A DNA stretch of 24,604 nt, taken from positions 1-24,604 of IMG/VR virus record IMGVR_UViG_3300025131_009348; one strand, given 5' to 3'. This stretch comes from a virus. Its lineage: Duplodnaviria; Caudoviricetes. Positions 23,083-24,604 of the stretch are shown here, in pieces. The notes beneath the pieces were generated by a model. The model had not been told where the DNA came from. It made no database searches and worked only from the letters and a program-made list of their open reading frames with translations. Every line of letters starts with the position of its first letter. Position 1 is the stretch's first letter. The position numbers and the translations under genes were made by a program.

Positions 23083-23434
23083 TTGGGACAAGCTCGAAGC
23101 ATACTGCCAATATGACATAAGTTTGAGGACAGCAGCATCTATGCTGGATATGAGCTATGATACTCTCCGCAGAAGAATCCTGGAAAAATATAATATCTCT
23201 TGGGGCGATTATAAAAAGCAATTTCTTGACCAAATGGCATTCAGGCTCAAGAATAAAGCATTAACTATGGCACTCTCTGGAGATAGGACTATGCTAATAT
23301 TCAGCCTTAAGAATATGGCAGGCTGGTCTGACAAAACAGAGACTACGCATAAGGCAGAAAGCATCGAAGATTTAGTACAAAAATCAAAGCAAGAAGATAA
23401 AAAACCTAAACTTATCCAGGGAGGAAAAAAATGA
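23045..23434 (+). CDS. terS: Terminase small subunit (HTH type)
   Basis: MGRKK, HTH (AASMLDMSYDTLRRR), ALSGDRTMLIFSLKNMAGWSDK typical of TerS. Confidence 0.75.
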   Translation: MGRKKEKGPAVVNWDKLEAYCQYDISLRTAASMLDMSYDTLRRRILEKYNISWGDYKKQFLDQMAFRLKNKALTMALSGDRTMLIFSLKNMAGWSDKTETTHKAESIEDLVQKSKQEDKKPKLIQGGKK

Positions 23435-24309
23435 ATCTTAGTCAAATGAAGGAAATTGCCAGGTCTAACGGAATTGAATTCCATAATAATGCCACGGCAA
23501 AAAAAATGAGGGAGGTACTTGAGGAGCATAATATCCCTATACCTGAGACAGATTTGATTAATGAGAAAGTAAATAATTACAGTGATAATATCCCTCCTGC
23601 AGGAGAGGCAGGAATGGATATGGACAGTGGTCATATATCTGGAGGAATTATCCCTGAGCACCATCCAGAAAATTATAACCCGAATGCAGACACAGTAGAG
23701 ATGGACTTCGATGAGGAAGAGGATGACGATGATTATGTAGATCCATCTTACCAAGTAAGGCCTGCTAGACAGAAAAATGGGCTCATGGAAAAATTCAAGT
23801 GGTTTATGAAGCAATATAGGGAAGTGACTAGAAGAAAAAAAGACCCTATGAGAGAGGCAAATCTCAATATCCTCCATAAGGAAAAGGAAGTTATTAAAGC
23901 AAAGGCCATCAAGCAAGGTAACTCTCAAGTTTACAGGAAAATGCTTGAATGGGAGAGGTCTAGAAGGCTAATTAAAGTCGTGGATGAGTATGCTCTAAAT
24001 GAGATGGAGTCTGCAGAAATTAATGATATCTGTGTATGCTTCAATCAAATGGTATCTGGTCGAAAAGTAAAATTGGGCCAAGAATGTAGATATCGATATT
24101 ATTTTGATGATAGCAGGCAGGATGACGTCTATATGGTCTACGTTGAGAGGACTATAGAGCCAGAGGAGCAGATAGCTCCGACTTTAGAGAGAAAGCTTAG
24201 AATGGGATTTGTCCCTGAGCCAAAAGACTATGCTGAGCCTAAGACTCTCATTCATAGCTTTACTTTGGTAGCCACAGAGTTTGATAGACATTTTAAAATC
24301 CAGGATTAG
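23431..24309 (+). CDS. Hypothetical protein with N-terminal HeH/SAP-like motif and acidic linker
   Basis: GGAGG RBS, ATGA overlap; LSQMKEIARSNGI....ATAKKMREVL; DFDEEEDDDDY. Confidence 0.8.
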   Translation: MNLSQMKEIARSNGIEFHNNATAKKMREVLEEHNIPIPETDLINEKVNNYSDNIPPAGEAGMDMDSGHISGGIIPEHHPENYNPNADTVEMDFDEEEDDDDYVDPSYQVRPARQKNGLMEKFKWFMKQYREVTRRKKDPMREANLNILHKEKEVIKAKAIKQGNSQVYRKMLEWERSRRLIKVVDEYALNEMESAEINDICVCFNQMVSGRKVKLGQECRYRYYFDDSRQDDVYMVYVERTIEPEEQIAPTLERKLRMGFVPEPKDYAEPKTLIHSFTLVATEFDRHFKIQD

Positions 24310-24311
24310 TC

Positions 24312-24604
24312 ATGAGTTTTTTAGATGGGAATAAGGAGGATGGTAAGCACTATTGGCTTACTCCTCCCGAGTTAATGAAAGATTTGAATCAAGAATTCCA
24401 TTTCGACTATGACCCCTGCCCATATCCCTTGCCTGAAGGGTATAATGGACTCATATCAGATTGGGGGCTATCTAATTGGGTCAATCCTCCATTTGGGTCA
24501 TTTCTCATGGATGGAAAGAAGAAAGGACCCACTGCTTGGGCCAGGAAATGCATTGAGGAATACAAGCAAGGTAAAAAAGTAGTGATGGTTTATCCAATTG
24601 ATAA
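24312..24604 (+). CDS. Phage DNA N6-adenine methyltransferase (phage Dam family), 3'-truncated
   Basis: MSFLDGNKEDGKHYWLTPPEL...EFHFDYDPCP...NGL..DWG..NWVNPPF...WARKCIEE; open to the window end. Confidence 0.88.
   Translation, partial: MSFLDGNKEDGKHYWLTPPELMKDLNQEFHFDYDPCPYPLPEGYNGLISDWGLSNWVNPPFGSFLMDGKKKGPTAWARKCIEEYKQGKKVVMVYPID

Larger units (their letters stand above)
1..24604 (+). mobile_element. Tailed dsDNA phage (podovirus-like) genome segment; ends not in window
   Basis: Adaptor-nozzle-fibre-ejection protein order, lysis genes, HNH endonucleases, RusA, TerS, phage Dam, many small overlapping same-strand ORFs; no host housekeeping genes. Confidence 0.95.

Noticed and set aside
23209-23928. 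239-aa minus-strand ORF and the other minus-strand ORFs in the track
   Set aside because: Shadows of well-supported plus-strand genes, without RBS or motifs; only 12962-13348 is credible
1-24604. CRISPR array, DGR/reverse transcriptase, intron or stop-codon recoding
   Set aside because: No spaced direct repeats, no RT motifs or TR/VR pair noticed; ORFs are intact in the standard code and all three stops are used

Overview
A gene-dense, AT-rich segment of a tailed dsDNA phage with podovirus-like gene order. All credible genes are on the + strand except one. Order: 3' part of an O-antigen-ligase (WaaL/Wzy_C)-like gene, tail adaptor, tail nozzle, tail fibre plus partner, three DNA-ejection-type proteins, a lysis region (YvrJ-like holin candidate, M15 peptidase endolysin, HNH-AP2 insert, lipoprotein), ParB-like protein plus DNA methyltransferase, one antisense BamE/SmpA-like lipoprotein, then an early/middle region. 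That region holds a NUMOD4-HNH, a putative SSAP, tRNA-Gln(TTG), a PPP phosphatase, a ~560-bp structured non-coding block, a degenerate tRNA-like element, an RHH protein, a Pal/OmpA lipoprotein, a J-domain protein, a TIGR02147-like HTH, RusA and an XRE HTH. The window ends with terminase small subunit, an unknown protein and a truncated phage Dam methylase. The host is Gram-negative, tentatively Bdellovibrionota. Main leads: (1) the tail fibre and its neighbour carry Sec-type signal peptides, the fibre has 8 Cys, and a WaaL-like enzyme is in the same operon, suggesting periplasmic maturation of virion parts; (2) no replication initiator, polymerase, helicase or integrase is visible, while 17459-18020 has an architecture reminiscent of a ColE1-type RNA-primed origin with a counter-transcript; (3) a tRNA-like RNA with a non-canonical anticodon loop starts at a predicted transcription start; (4) a structured RNA leader carries a 10-nt seed complementary to the RBS of the antisense lipoprotein. 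All family calls come from motif recognition by eye; no searches or folding programs were run.
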